Source: Candidatus Latescibacterota bacterium
Lineage (GTDB): Bacteria > Latescibacterota > UBA2968 > UBA8231
Assembly (NCBI GenBank): GCA_965206595.1
Contig: OZ242214.1
Span: forward strand, 4,768,001 to 4,832,000
Direction of reading: 5' to 3'
DNA: 64,000 bases
Shown: piece after piece, positions 1-10,316 of the stretch
How positions within the stretch are numbered: position 1 is the stretch's first letter
Layout of the letters: every line of letters starts with the position of its first letter
Notes under the pieces: model-generated
Told to the model about the DNA's origin: nothing
Databases searched by the model: none
What the model saw: the letters and a program-made list of their open reading frames with translations, nothing else
Made by a program: the position numbers and the translations under genes

Positions 1-1306
1 GCCCGAGGTTCTCGGCGCTCTTTCCTGCCCAGAAGAAGCTCTGGTCGATGATGTGCGGTTCCGATGCCTTGGCCCCTGCCGTCTGGAATGAATGGAGCGA
101 CTCGCGGTAGCGCTCGGCGCAGTACAGCATGAAAGCGGCGCTCCACCTCGCTTCGTCGCTCTTCGGGCTGTCGGGATAGCGCTCCGCGAGGCGGGTGAAA
201 AGATTGCGCGCGCGCATGAAGTCGCTGCCGCGCTCTGTCGCCTTGGCCGCCTGCCACAGGGCATCGTCGGCGAGGCTGTGCCCGGGGTGTTCGGCGACGA
301 GCCGCTCGTAGGTGACGATGGCGTCGTCGTCGCGGTTGCGGCGCACCTGGATCCCGCCGATGCGGTAAAGGGCATCCGGCCTCAGGTGTTTCCTGTACAG
401 CTCCTCGAAGGTTTTGCTGGCGAGCTCGAGTTCCCCGTTTCGCATGTAGGAACGGCCGAGCAGGTAATGGGCTTCGTTGACGCGGTTGTGTTCCGGGTGT
501 TTCTCGATGAACTCGTCGAAGGCCTCGGCGCCGCGACCGTGCCGGTAGAGAACGAAAGCGCGGGCGAAGGACTCTGCGGAAGTGCCCGGGTGCAGGCCGA
601 GGGCCATGTCCAGGGCCTTGCGATGGCCGGCGTGCTCCGTCATCAGCCGGAGCCGGGTCTCGCCGGCGCCGCGGCTGTTGCCCGCCCGCTGCTGGATGAC
701 CGCCATGTCGTAGAGCAGTTCGGCTGCTGCGGGCGGAGTCGCCCGCAGCAGTTGTTGATCGTACAGCGTGACCGCCTTGTCGAACTCGCCGGCTTCTGTG
801 AGAATCGCCGCGAGGTAGAGACGCGCCGAATCGGCCACCACGCCCTCGAAGGTCGACAGCAGATCCTGGTAGCCGAGCCGGGCGCACTGCAGCTCTCCCA
901 TCTCCTCAAGGGCTCGCGCCATCCAGAGTCGGCGGTAGGACTCGAGCTCGGGAATTCCGTCCACGAGCAACTGCAGGCGGTCGTGGGCCTTGCGCGGCTT
1001 TCCCAGACGCCGCTCGCAAACGGCTCGCTGGTAGGCGAGCAGGGGTAGGTCGCCGTCGGTGAGCGACTCCGCATCGACCTCCTGCAGCAGGCGGTAGGCT
1101 GCGTCGAAGTCGCCGCCGGCGATGAGATTCCGCACCGTGCCCGAGACATCGGTCATTTTCGGTGGCTCTTCCTGCTCCTGTCGTAGCGCCATACGGGGGG
1201 CGAAAAGCAACAGCGCCACCGTTGCGGCGAGAGCAAGGCCGGCGAGGACGATTACGGCCCGGAGTCCGTGCCGTTTCTCCTGGTTGGTCGGTCGTGCCCT
1301 GGACAT
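1..1306 (-). CDS. TPR-repeat protein with N-terminal membrane anchor, possibly the N-terminal part of an Slt70-like lytic transglycosylase; partial, runs off the left edge
   Basis: Open minus-strand frame from ATG 1306 to the edge (missing from the ORF track because no stop is reached): MSRARPTNQEKRHGLRAVIVLAGLALAATVALLLF (hydrophobic segment), then TPR-like helices such as NEAHYLLGRSYMRNGELELASKTFEELY, DALYRIGGI, ADDALWQAAK. No catalytic domain inside the window. Confidence 0.7.
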   Translation of the reverse strand, partial: MSRARPTNQEKRHGLRAVIVLAGLALAATVALLLFAPRMALRQEQEEPPKMTDVSGTVRNLIAGGDFDAAYRLLQEVDAESLTDGDLPLLAYQRAVCERRLGKPRKAHDRLQLLVDGIPELESYRRLWMARALEEMGELQCARLGYQDLLSTFEGVVADSARLYLAAILTEAGEFDKAVTLYDQQLLRATPPAAAELLYDMAVIQQRAGNSRGAGETRLRLMTEHAGHRKALDMALGLHPGTSAESFARAFVLYRHGRGAEAFDEFIEKHPEHNRVNEAHYLLGRSYMRNGELELASKTFEELYRKHLRPDALYRIGGIQVRRNRDDDAIVTYERLVAEHPGHSLADDALWQAAKATERGSDFMRARNLFTRLAERYPDSPKSDEARWSAAFMLYCAERYRESLHSFQTAGAKASEPHIIDQSFFWAGKSAENLG

Positions 1307-1343
1307 GTGCTCATCTCTCTGTTTCACTGCTCGAGGACCTGCT

Positions 1344-1514
1344 TCAAGGCTGCGACGGATTGCCGGGCTTTTTTTCCCCCGACTCCTCGAGCTCGCGTAG
1401 GTTTCTGCGAATATCCTCGAGGCAATCGCGGATCTCGCGATCGAGCTCCTCGAGCCGGCGCCGGACCCAGTGTCGCGTCCCGGGAATTCCACATGCTTTC
1501 CGGCACCGATTCAT
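1344..1514 (-). CDS. Small hypothetical coiled-coil protein; start uncertain
   Basis: C-terminal part of ORF 1344..1631 has a heptad-like RRRLEELDREIRDCLEDIRRNLRELEE and is co-oriented with the TPR gene. Confidence 0.3.
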   Translation of the reverse strand: MNRCRKACGIPGTRHWVRRRLEELDREIRDCLEDIRRNLRELEESGEKKPGNPSQP

Positions 1515-1743
1515 CCTGTGTTGCCGCGCTGCCTTCGCTCGCCGTACTCGGCTGATACGACGCCTTCGGGCGCCGTGCGAGCCGCGAGTCCGGGGACCCG
1601 CATTCCACGGGTCTTTCCAGGAGGGCGGCACGGGCAGGCATTCGCACAGGATTGAGGATTCGCTTTCATGTTCACGCTGTTGGGCCCGCTTTCGACCGGC
1701 AGATGATTTCCACCGTGAAACAGCGTTGACCCAAGCCGGCTAA

Positions 1744-1759
1744 TGCAATTGGCATGCCT
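1744..1759 (-). promoter_or_regulatory. Putative sigma-54 (-24/-12) promoter
   Basis: Minus strand AGGCATGCCAATTGCA has GG-N10-GC spacing and is close to TGGCAC-N5-TTGCW. An AT-richer IHF-like tract (about 1790-1830) and an imperfect inverted repeat (about 1878-1913) lie upstream. Confidence 0.5.
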
Positions 1760-1983
1760 GACCGCGTTCCCAGGGGAGAACCGTTCAGGGATATTGTTGT
1801 AACGCCCTGTTTTACAGGGAATTATGAATATTATCGAGGATGCTTCGAGAGCGTGGCGACGCCCGGTGGAGTGGAACTTTTTTCCGGCCGGTTGCAGATC
1901 CTGCCGGGAAAAAGCTGCCGCCGGGACTTTGCCTTGGAGCTTCGGGGGGGCCGTGTCAGGCCGACGCGGCCGTGTGGCGGGGT

Positions 1984-2835
1984 TTAGTGCCCTTCCGTCC
2001 CGTGGAGGGCACTGGATTCGATGAAAAACAGTGCGTAGGCGAGGCCGATTCCCACGAGGAGAGACAGGATGAGTTTGCCGCGGTCGTGGCTGTGGAAATG
2101 TATCTCCGGCAGCAGGTCGCTCAGGGCAATGCAGAGGAAGGCACCGGCGGCGAAGGCCAGGGCATAGCCGACTACCACCCCTCCCTCGGAACCGAGCAGT
2201 CCCACACCGAGGAAACTCGCCATGCCCACCAGGGGGCAGAGCAGGGCAAATGCGAGATTGGCTGCGGTTCGCGTGCGCCGGCTGTGACCGGCGGACTTCA
2301 TCATGCCGATAATGGAGTAGGCATCGAGCGGCTTGTGCAGCACAATGGCGAGGAATACCCCCAGTGCCGGCAGCACACTTTCGTCTTCGTGCGGCAAACT
2401 CGCCTGCATGCTGGTACCGAGGGCGACTCCTTCGGTAACGGTGTGCACCCCCAGGCCGAGGGCGACCCCAATCAGACTACGCGAGTGTATGCCGGAATCG
2501 CCGTGGTCGTGATCGTCGTAGAGATCGCTCGCTTCGTGGCTGAAGTCGTGCTGATGAAAGTGGAAGATACGCAGCAGAAAAATCATCAGGACCATGCCGT
2601 ATACAACCCATGCCACGGCTGTTTCGACAACTTCGGGCCCGCCAATGCGCTCGAGGCTGTGGGGAAAAAGATGGTACATGGCGATGCCGAGGATGAAGCC
2701 GGCCACGAGACTCATCAGAACCTGTGTCCGCGTGTGGGTCATGGTACCCAGGGCCGCCAGTCTTCCGCCGAGAAAGGAAGCGGCAAAGATAGCGGCTGAG
2801 TAGGCCGACAAAACTAGTAGAGCGTTTGCATCCAT
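1984..2835 (-). CDS. ZIP family divalent metal (zinc) transporter
   Basis: 283 aa, multiple TM segments, His-rich loop FHFHQHDFSHE...DHDHG, ZIP motifs HTVTEG and LHKPLDAY, C-terminal DLLPEIH. Confidence 0.9.
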   Translation of the reverse strand: MDANALLVLSAYSAAIFAASFLGGRLAALGTMTHTRTQVLMSLVAGFILGIAMYHLFPHSLERIGGPEVVETAVAWVVYGMVLMIFLLRIFHFHQHDFSHEASDLYDDHDHGDSGIHSRSLIGVALGLGVHTVTEGVALGTSMQASLPHEDESVLPALGVFLAIVLHKPLDAYSIIGMMKSAGHSRRTRTAANLAFALLCPLVGMASFLGVGLLGSEGGVVVGYALAFAAGAFLCIALSDLLPEIHFHSHDRGKLILSLLVGIGLAYALFFIESSALHGTEGH

Positions 2836-3410
2836 GATGGCTATAGCCGGAAACTAGCTGGGCAGCCGGCGATCGCGGTGTCTGCTGGGGTCAATTTCTT
2901 CTTGTATAGCAGGACCTTATCGAGGTATTATACAAAAGGTCGCTATCGAGTTCAGTCTTGGCCACCACTGCGGGCACACCCTGACGGGACGCGGTGCCAC
3001 CAGGCAGGGTGTCATTCATTTGTAATCTCCTTGGACTTTTGCAAAACGCTCAATTATAGGGTGATTTTCGGATGGCTGAGGTAGCACGAACCCGATCGAA
3101 TCTTGGTATTTTGGTAGAAACGAAGGCATCCCCCGCCTTCGTCTCCCCTGGCCATGAGAGAGGTCGTCATGCCAGGCATTATTGCATTTCCCACCGTGGC
3201 CGAAGAGGCGCTGGAGGAGTTTGGCGGGCTGTTTGCCAACGCCCCGGAGCGCCGGCATTTTGGCGAATACCTGACCGGGCTTCTAGTGACGGCGCGTAAA
3301 AACGTATCGGCGATCAACGCTTTGTTTGTCGACACCACGGACCAGTCCTGGCTGGATCGCTGGATTACGCAGGTGTCTTGGGATGAAAAGCAGCTCAACG
3401 AACATCGGTT

Positions 3411-5021
3411 GTAACCGTTCAGTTCCCTGGCAGATTGGGGCCGGGGGCGGAATGGTAGCAGAATATTAACGAATGGCGGAGTGGGTTGAAGGCAGCAGCG
3501 AGGGCGCCGGCTGCTGAGACACGGCCGCGTCACAGGCCATCCTGAGATAGTCGAGGACGTTGCGCTGCTGCTGGCGCAGGGTATCGCGTACCGTGAGCAG
3601 GCGCTCTACGAAACGGCTGCCTTCGGCACTGTGGGTACCGAAGCTGGTGTGACGCCACAACACGCCATGGCGAAGGGCTCGTTCGGCGTCGTTGTTGGTC
3701 GGCTCGACGCCGGGCCGGCGTGCGAAGGTCCACAGGGCCGGCCCGAGGTCGAGGAGATTGGCGCAGGTGGCCGCCGTCTTGGCGTCGGCGAACCGCTGCC
3801 CATAGCACAAATGAAAACGAAAGCGCAGACACAAATCGTCGATATAGTCCTGGAAGCGGGCGCGGGACAGGGTGCCGTCGCGGACTTGATGCCACCAGGT
3901 AAACAGCTGCTCGCTGCGGTCCAACAGGTGGTGACCGACGCGCTCGGCCTCTCCGCCCCGGGCCACGAACTCCTCGAAGGCGCGCCGCAGATGAGCCCAG
4001 CAGACGTGCCGGCGTCGCAGCGGCAGATGCGCGTAGGCCGAATAGCGATCGGAGCCGACCACCGCCGTGTTATCCGCACCCAGCATCTCATCGACGCCGT
4101 CGCGGTTGCGTCTTTTGCGGACGGAGAACACGGTGACGCCGTCCGTCACCGCGGTCCACAACCAAGCCTTGGCGCGGCGCTGGCGCCAGCCGGTCTCGTC
4201 GACGTTGACGAGGCCCTGTCGGCGAACGAAGGCGCGCGCCTCCTCGACCGGAGCCGCCAGGGCCGCGGCCACCTCCCGTTCCAGTCGGCTGACCGTACCC
4301 AGCGACACCTCGAGGCCGAAGGCGTCGGACAACAACGCCCGGATGTTGCGCTTGCTCAGCCGGTAGGCCCCGGCCAGCAGGCCGACCCAGGCTTGCACGC
4401 TGGGACCGAAGGTGTGGCGCGACACGCCCTCGGGCCAACCGGCTGCGGTCAGGCGGTCGCAGTGAGCGCAGCGCAGGGTGTGCAACTGATACTCGATGAC
4501 CTCGGCCCGCAGCGGCGGGATGACGACTTCCTGGTGACGCTGCGGATGAGGATCGTCTCCCGTCAACCGGTGCCCGCATCCGTGGCAATGGCTGGGCTTG
4601 ACCGGGATCCGTTCGTCCACCTGCTCGACCGATACCCACGAGCGGCCGGGTCCTTCGTGCCCGGGCTGTCCGCCCGGCGAGCGCCCCGAGGACCGGCGAC
4701 GGCCGGAGGCATCGGTACGCCGCGTGGAGGAACCCGACGAGGAGGTTTGAGCGCCACGGCGGGATCGCCCCTTGCGACGGGCCAATTCCTGCTCCAGCTC
4801 GGCGATGCGGGACGTCTGTTGTTCCACGATCCGCTCGAGCTGGACAATGCGCTGACGCAAGTCGCCTTCGGAAATCGCACCCTCAGGAGGTCTTTTCATG
4901 GGGGTCGCCGTATCCGGAGAATCTGCAACACACAACCAATCCCGAAAATACCGACGAACCCGAAAACTCGCTGGGTATTTCTTTACATGCGCAAACTACT
5001 GCAGGGAGACTGAACGGTTAC
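3411..5021 (-). mobile_element. IS66-family element, single-ORF (ISBst12-like) type
   Basis: Ends GTAACCGTTCAGT / ACTGAACGGTTAC; 8-bp target duplication CATCGGTT at 3403-3410 and 5022-5029; no TnpA/TnpB ORFs. Confidence 0.9.
3466..4935 (-). CDS. IS66-family transposase (TnpC-like)
   Basis: Coiled coil, zinc finger (CHGC...CAHC), VDETGW, SDRYSAY, CWAHLRR, PTNNDAERALR. Confidence 0.92.
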   Translation of the reverse strand: MCVADSPDTATPMKRPPEGAISEGDLRQRIVQLERIVEQQTSRIAELEQELARRKGRSRRGAQTSSSGSSTRRTDASGRRRSSGRSPGGQPGHEGPGRSWVSVEQVDERIPVKPSHCHGCGHRLTGDDPHPQRHQEVVIPPLRAEVIEYQLHTLRCAHCDRLTAAGWPEGVSRHTFGPSVQAWVGLLAGAYRLSKRNIRALLSDAFGLEVSLGTVSRLEREVAAALAAPVEEARAFVRRQGLVNVDETGWRQRRAKAWLWTAVTDGVTVFSVRKRRNRDGVDEMLGADNTAVVGSDRYSAYAHLPLRRRHVCWAHLRRAFEEFVARGGEAERVGHHLLDRSEQLFTWWHQVRDGTLSRARFQDYIDDLCLRFRFHLCYGQRFADAKTAATCANLLDLGPALWTFARRPGVEPTNNDAERALRHGVLWRHTSFGTHSAEGSRFVERLLTVRDTLRQQQRNVLDYLRMACDAAVSQQPAPSLLPSTHSAIR

Positions 5022-5751
5022 CATCGGTTGGACTGGTTGCAGAGCACCCCTCGACGCGCTATTCGGCGCGCGGGGTGATCGCCATCGACACCTTGGTCGG
5101 ACACAGCGGAGCGAAGATCGAGGATGCGGGTTGGATTTGGGATCACTCCGACAAGCGCCATATGATTGCCCACGACTACGTGATCGCCAACTACGTGTGT
5201 ACGTCAGGGAAACACTATCCGTTGGAGTTCCGTCGCTTTCGCAAGCGCTAAGAGGGCGAGACGGCCACGTTTTTCAAGAACCATACCGAGCTGTTCAAAG
5301 AGCTGGCGGATTGGGTCGTGTGCCGACAGATCCCGGGCGATTACGCCTTTGACTGCTACTTCAGCAGTGTCGACAGTCTTGATCATATCCACCTTAATGG
5401 GCGCGGCTACGTAGGGGCCCCGAAGAGCAACCGCAAGGTCACGTTCCAGGGCCGCGTGATGACGACCGCGCAAGTGGCTGCGAATATCCCACCCGAGGAT
5501 CGCAAACGGGTCTGCATCGGCGAGCGCAAACAATGGTATTTCACCCGCACCATGAGTCTGCCCAAGCTCGAGCACCGGGTTCGCTTGGTGATCCTGGGGG
5601 ATCGAAAAGAACGGCAAGGAAGCGGTCAAGTTTCTACTCACCAATCGGGTGCACTGGGAGATCAGTCGTATACTGAACGTCTATCGCAAACGCTGGACAG
5701 GCACCGAGACCCTTCATCGGGACGGCAAGCACTATCTGGGCATGGAGGACT

Positions 5752-6606
5752 GAACCTATCTCAAAATTGAAATTGTTTAAGTAAAATCAAAATGGATGCA
5801 AGTTGGACGAAGCCAAGAAAATTCTCCGGATACAATTCCCAGCGAGTGATCACTCGACGCTGCCATTGAAGCCAAGCAAAGAATCTCTCAACCATCCAAC
5901 GCCGCACATAACGCCGCAATCGCCGTCCGTCCTGAGTCTTTTTCTTGGTCCGATTCTGGCGATGCGAGGCGATCATCTCGATCCCGTCTTTCTTACGTTC
6001 TTCATCCAACGAATCGCTGTCGTACGCCTTGTCACCGATCAAGTTGTCAGGTTGGTCTTCGATCAGGTAAAAGTCAAAGGTCAACTGAACCAGCGTCACT
6101 TCATGATGGTTCGCTGCATGCGTGCTCACCGACAAGGGAAGCCCATTGCCGTCCACGATCCCCATGACCCGCACCCCCTTACCTCGCTTGGTGTGGCCGA
6201 TATCGGCACCTCCACCCTTGGCCGCCGAGAACATGCCGTCGATGAAAGCCTCCGATTCGTCCAGGCCCCCTTGCTCGTGAAGGGTCTGGGCCAGGTCCAT
6301 GAGAACTTCGCGCACCACCCCTTGACGACACCCGTTTTGAAAACGGCGATGCACGGTTTTGTAGTTCGGATAGCACGGCGGCAACATAGGCCATTGAGCC
6401 CCGGTGTTTAGAATCCAAAGAACGGCTTCAAAAACATCACGGGTGCAAACCGGTTTGCGACCCCGGATGGCTCTTGGGACGAAGTTCTTCAGGAAAGTGA
6501 TGCCGGATTCGTTGCCATTGCATGTCGGTCAGATTGACCATACACCAATGGTACATCACTGTCATTTCGAAAACAAGTTTAAGTTTGCCTATTTTGAGAT
6601 AGGTTC
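5752..6606 (-). mobile_element. IS5-family element (about 855 bp)
   Basis: Perfect 16-bp IR GAACCTATCTCAAAAT (5752-5767) / ATTTTGAGATAGGTTC (6591-6606); CT duplicated at 5750-5751 and 6607-6608. Confidence 0.85.
5761..6541 (-). pseudogene. IS5-family transposase with a frameshift near its 5' end
   Basis: MVNLTDMQWQRIRHHFPEE from 6541 shifts into GRKPVCTRDVFEAVLWILNTGAQW-PMLPPCYPNYKTVHRRF; the DDE region has IDG, GDKAYDS, RWMVERFFAWL. Confidence 0.8.
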
Positions 6607-6919
6607 CTGTCAGTTACGCAGCGGCGAGGGCTAGACCCGGCATATGTACCTCGTGATGCTGACGCACAGTCTGCTGACGGCACAGATGCGGCAGGGCCGT
6701 GCGAGTGACTGGGCTCATACCGTGCTGACGACCATCGGCGAAGCCTGTCGAGCCGTGTCGCGAGAAACGCTCAGTAAAACCAACTCCTGGGCAGTCGACC
6801 AAGCCACAACAGTAGGGTGGACTGAGCAGAGAATTGTCGTATATATGAAACTTGGGTAAAAAAAGTGGAGTTTGCAAAAGTCCAGATCTCCCACGGCATC
6901 CCACAGGAGGGCAAGCGGT

Positions 6920-7189
6920 ATGCATATGCACGCAGAACCCAATGAAAAAATGAGACTTCGGGAAGCCACGGCCATCATCGCTGCAGGTGGCGTCACAAAC
7001 AGCGTACTGGGAGTCGTAAAAATCGTCCTCGGCAGCGTTACCGGGTACCTTCCACTGACTGCTTCGGGGGTCCATTCGCTGTCGGACATTGTATCCGATG
7101 TCATCGCTTGGGTCGCCGTGCGGATAGGATCGCACGCTGAGAAACGGGGGTATATCCGGGTTTTTCAAAGGACAATTTATAGCATGTAA
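6920..7189 (+). pseudogene. N-terminal fragment of a cation diffusion facilitator (FieF-like) transporter
   Basis: AGGAGG RBS at 6905-6910; TM1-TM2 with CDF motif ...KIVLGSVTG...LTASGVHSLSDIVSD; homology ends after about 75 aa. Confidence 0.65.
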
Positions 7190-7298
7190 CAGAGAGAGAT
7201 ATCGAGTGATTCACACGGTACGGAATCGGGTCGGGATCTGCGCAGGGATATCGAGGTCTCCGACGCACAGGTAAATGAGGTCGGCAAGGGCGTCTTAA

Positions 7299-9158
7299 CC
7301 CTTGTTATTCATGGAATTTTAGTGGAGAGGGCTGTACTGGGTGCCTCCCATGCTTAGATTTCAGAGGGAAACACAAGGCAGTATCGCCCTTTGAACCCAT
7401 CACACAGTAGGACACCCAATGGGTGAATTACCGTCACACACCGAGTCCGAGCAAGCCGGGCCGATTCAGCCGTCTTTCAACCGCTCCATCCACATCGAAG
7501 CCCGCCCCACCCACCTTGGCAGCGACACCGGTGCGCTGATGTTGCGTCAACTGCTCGAACACAGCCGGGTTCTGGATTGGCTCGACGCCCACTTCGAGGA
7601 TCTCCGTACCCAAGACCAGATCACGCACCCGCTGCCGGAGCTGCTGCGCACACAGATCGTGCTGCTGGCACAGGGCTGGACCCACGCCGCCGACGCCGAC
7701 GCGTTGCGCCAAGATCCGATCCTGCGTCTGGCGGTCAGCGATCGCAAAGGGCAGGCGCCGTTGCGCAGCGGCGACGAAGACCGGCCGCAGGGACTGGCCA
7801 GTCAGCCGACGCTGTCGCGCCTGCTCGAGCAAGCCTCGACTGCCTATAACCGCGAGGTGTTGGAGGAAGCCGTCCTGCGCAGCGCCCGGTCTCGTTGCCG
7901 GCTGCTGGAAGGACGGATGAAATACGAGGAGTTGGCCGTCGACATGGATGCCCTGCCGATGCCGGCGCACGGGCACCAGGCGGGGGTCGAATACAACGGC
8001 TACTTCCACGCCTCGGGGTACCATCCCCTGCTCCTCGGCTCGGCGCAGACGGGCGATTTCTTCGGTGCCGTGCTGCGGCCGGGCAACGTGCACGCCCATG
8101 AGGGCGCCTCAGAGGCTCTCGGCAAGCGCTTGGACTGGATTCAGTCGCATCTGGCCCGGCGCCTCATCCTGCGCTTCGACGCGGCCTCGGTGAGCGGGTC
8201 TTTCCTGAGTGAGCTGGAAGCGCGGGCCGACACCTCGTACGTGGCGCGCATCAAGAAGAATGCGCGCCTGGAGGAGCTGGCTCGTGCCTGGGTGGAAGGC
8301 TATCAGCAGGAGCTGGCGCAGCACCCGGAAGAGCTGCGGGAAGAGGGTTTTCGCTGTCGCGAGCTGCGCTATCAAGCCAGGTCCTGGGCGCAGCCCCGGC
8401 GGGTGGTGTTGGTCCTGGTCCCTTCCGAGACGGAAGAGCTGCCCATCGCCCGCCACTTCTTCCTGATCACCGACCAGAGTCCCCAGACGATGAGCGGCCG
8501 CGACCTGGTCGCCTTTTATCGTCAGCGCGGCCTTTTCGAGCGCATGCTCGGCGAGTTGAGCTCCACCCTCCAGCCTCAGCTCTCCTCTACCACCCGTCGC
8601 AAGCAACACTACCGGGGTCGAGAGCCGCGTCAGCGCACCCCGTCCCGGGATGCCTTCGCTGCCAACCAGGCGCTTCTGACCTTGAACCTGCTGGCCTACA
8701 ACCTGCTTCACCTGGGCCGCCAGGCCGCCGAACGCGCCGAGGCCCGACGCGGGCGGCCCCGCACATACGGACGCTCGACGACGGCCCTGAGCCTGGACAG
8801 TTTTCGACGGCGCTACCTGCGCCTGCCGTCCCGCGTCACCTTGCATGGGCGCAGGGTGGGCGTCATCCTGACCCAAGGGACGGCGGCTGCCTGGGATCGT
8901 CTGTGGAGATTTCTGGCCACGCTCAAACCGGTGGACGCGGCGATGGCGTAAGCGCAGGCCGGGTCGGTCGGGATGATGGGCTCGCAAAGGCAAGCGTCTT
9001 CGAGAAGGCGTGTACAATTTCAACAAGGTCGGTAGAGATAAGGAGACGGCTCTACCCAAAAAGCCGACTATAGAAGGGACGCAAGCCTCTGAGGCTAAGC
9101 AAAGGGGTCTCGGAAGCGCCTATGTCCGCTTATGCGCGGGTTGAATGAATAACAAAGG
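7299..9158 (+). mobile_element. IS1380-family insertion sequence
   Basis: IR CCCTTGTTATTCAT (7299-7312) / ATGAATAACAAAGG (9145-9158), 13/14 match; no target duplication visible. Confidence 0.8.
7419..8951 (+). CDS. IS1380-family transposase
   Basis: 510 aa; SDTGALMLR, ASQPTLSR, VDMD, HGHQAG..YNGYF...YHPL, LRPGNVH, RFDA, YRQRG..E. Confidence 0.9.
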   Translation: MGELPSHTESEQAGPIQPSFNRSIHIEARPTHLGSDTGALMLRQLLEHSRVLDWLDAHFEDLRTQDQITHPLPELLRTQIVLLAQGWTHAADADALRQDPILRLAVSDRKGQAPLRSGDEDRPQGLASQPTLSRLLEQASTAYNREVLEEAVLRSARSRCRLLEGRMKYEELAVDMDALPMPAHGHQAGVEYNGYFHASGYHPLLLGSAQTGDFFGAVLRPGNVHAHEGASEALGKRLDWIQSHLARRLILRFDAASVSGSFLSELEARADTSYVARIKKNARLEELARAWVEGYQQELAQHPEELREEGFRCRELRYQARSWAQPRRVVLVLVPSETEELPIARHFFLITDQSPQTMSGRDLVAFYRQRGLFERMLGELSSTLQPQLSSTTRRKQHYRGREPRQRTPSRDAFAANQALLTLNLLAYNLLHLGRQAAERAEARRGRPRTYGRSTTALSLDSFRRRYLRLPSRVTLHGRRVGVILTQGTAAAWDRLWRFLATLKPVDAAMA

Positions 9159-9169
9159 ATGACAGAGCC

Positions 9170-10105
9170 ATGTCTGAAGAGAACCCCCACCGCATCGTAA
9201 TAATCGGATCGGGGCCGGCGGGATTCACCGCGGCCCTGTACGCCGCCAGGGCGGACCTCGCCCCTCTCGTATTGGAGGGAGCCCAGCCCGGCGGACAGCT
9301 GACGATCACCACCGACGTCGAGAACTATCCCGGCTTTCCCGAAGGCATCATGGGGCCGGAGATGATGGACAAGTTCCGGGCCCAAGCGGCGCGCTTCGGG
9401 GCGCAGTGCCTCTTCAAGACCGCCACCGCGGTCGATTTCTCCGGGACCCCGTTCCGCGTCGACGCCGAGGGCACCGTCTTTACCGCCGACGCCGTCATCG
9501 TCGCCACCGGCGCTTCCGCGCGGCTCCTCGAAATCGAATCGGAAACCCGGCTGATGGGCCACGGGGTATCCGCCTGCGCCACCTGCGACGGCTTCTTCTT
9601 CCGCGGCAAGGAGCTGATCGTCGTCGGGGGAGGCGATTCGGCCATGGAAGAGGCGACGTTCCTGACCAAGTTCGCCACCAGGGTCGACATCGTGCACCGG
9701 CGCTCCGAGTTCCGCGCCTCGCGGATCATGCTCCAGCGGGCAATGGACAACCCGAAGATCGACTTCATCACCCCCGCGGTGGTCGAGGAGATTCTGTCGC
9801 CGAGCGGCGAGCTCGCCGTGAACGGGGTGCGCCTCAAGAACCCGGATACCGGGAAGACCTGGGAGCGGGAATGCGGGGGGGTGTTCATGGCGATCGGCCA
9901 CGTCCCGAACACGCAGCTGTTCGAAGGCCTGCTCGACATGGACGAGAACGGCTACGTCATCACCGCGCCGGACTCGACGGCGACCAACATCCCCGGGGTT
10001 TTCGTCTGCGGCGACGCCCAGGACCACGTGTACCGCCAGGCCGTGACCGCGGCCGGCACCGGCTGTATGGCGGCGATCGAGGCGGAACGGTTCCTGTCAC
10101 ACTGA
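9170..10105 (+). CDS. trxB: Thioredoxin-disulfide reductase
   Basis: [11 protein letters not shown] motif, [24 protein letters not shown] redox motif, [19 protein letters not shown]. Confidence 0.97.
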   Translation: MSEENPHRIVIIGSGPAGFTAALYAARADLAPLVLEGAQPGGQLTITTDVENYPGFPEGIMGPEMMDKFRAQAARFGAQCLFKTATAVDFSGTPFRVDAEGTVFTADAVIVATGASARLLEIESETRLMGHGVSACATCDGFFFRGKELIVVGGGDSAMEEATFLTKFATRVDIVHRRSEFRASRIMLQRAMDNPKIDFITPAVVEEILSPSGELAVNGVRLKNPDTGKTWERECGGVFMAIGHVPNTQLFEGLLDMDENGYVITAPDSTATNIPGVFVCGDAQDHVYRQAVTAAGTGCMAAIEAERFLSH

Positions 10106-10316
10106 AGCGGCCTGCGCGCCGCGATGCTGTCCGTCCACTCAGAAGGCCCTTCGGCCGTAATGGTGATTGCCGCATGTGGCGCGGAAATCCAGTTTGCAGA
10201 ATCACAGCGGGTGGGAAAGTCGCCTGCAGGTTTGGCGGCGGGACCTTGGAGGGAACGGTCCGGGCGGCCAGGCAGCCGGAAACCCACCAGACAAGGCAGG
10301 CCCCTGCCCCTGGATG

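Larger units (their letters stand above)
3169..6859 (+). pseudogene. IS701-family DDE transposase in three pieces (3169-3410, 5022-5751, 6607-6859) with frameshifts and in-frame stops
   Basis: Pieces join once the inserts are removed: ...QLNEHR|LDWLQ..., GVIAIDTLV...EDAGWIWDHS..., YAFDCYF..., LGMED|CQLRSGEG*TRHMYLVML. Confidence 0.8.
3031..6885 (+). mobile_element. IS701-family-like insertion sequence, inactivated, containing two nested IS elements
   Basis: Perfect 14-bp terminal IR TGGACTTTTGCAAA (3032-3045) / TTTGCAAAAGTCCA (6871-6884); flanking direct repeat ATCTCC at 3025-3030 and 6886-6891. Confidence 0.8.

Noticed and set aside
9070-9125. GGGACGCAAGCC...CTAA resembling a c-di-GMP-I riboswitch
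   Set aside because: The upstream GGCAAA/GAAA P2 stem is missing and the sequence lies inside the IS1380 end.
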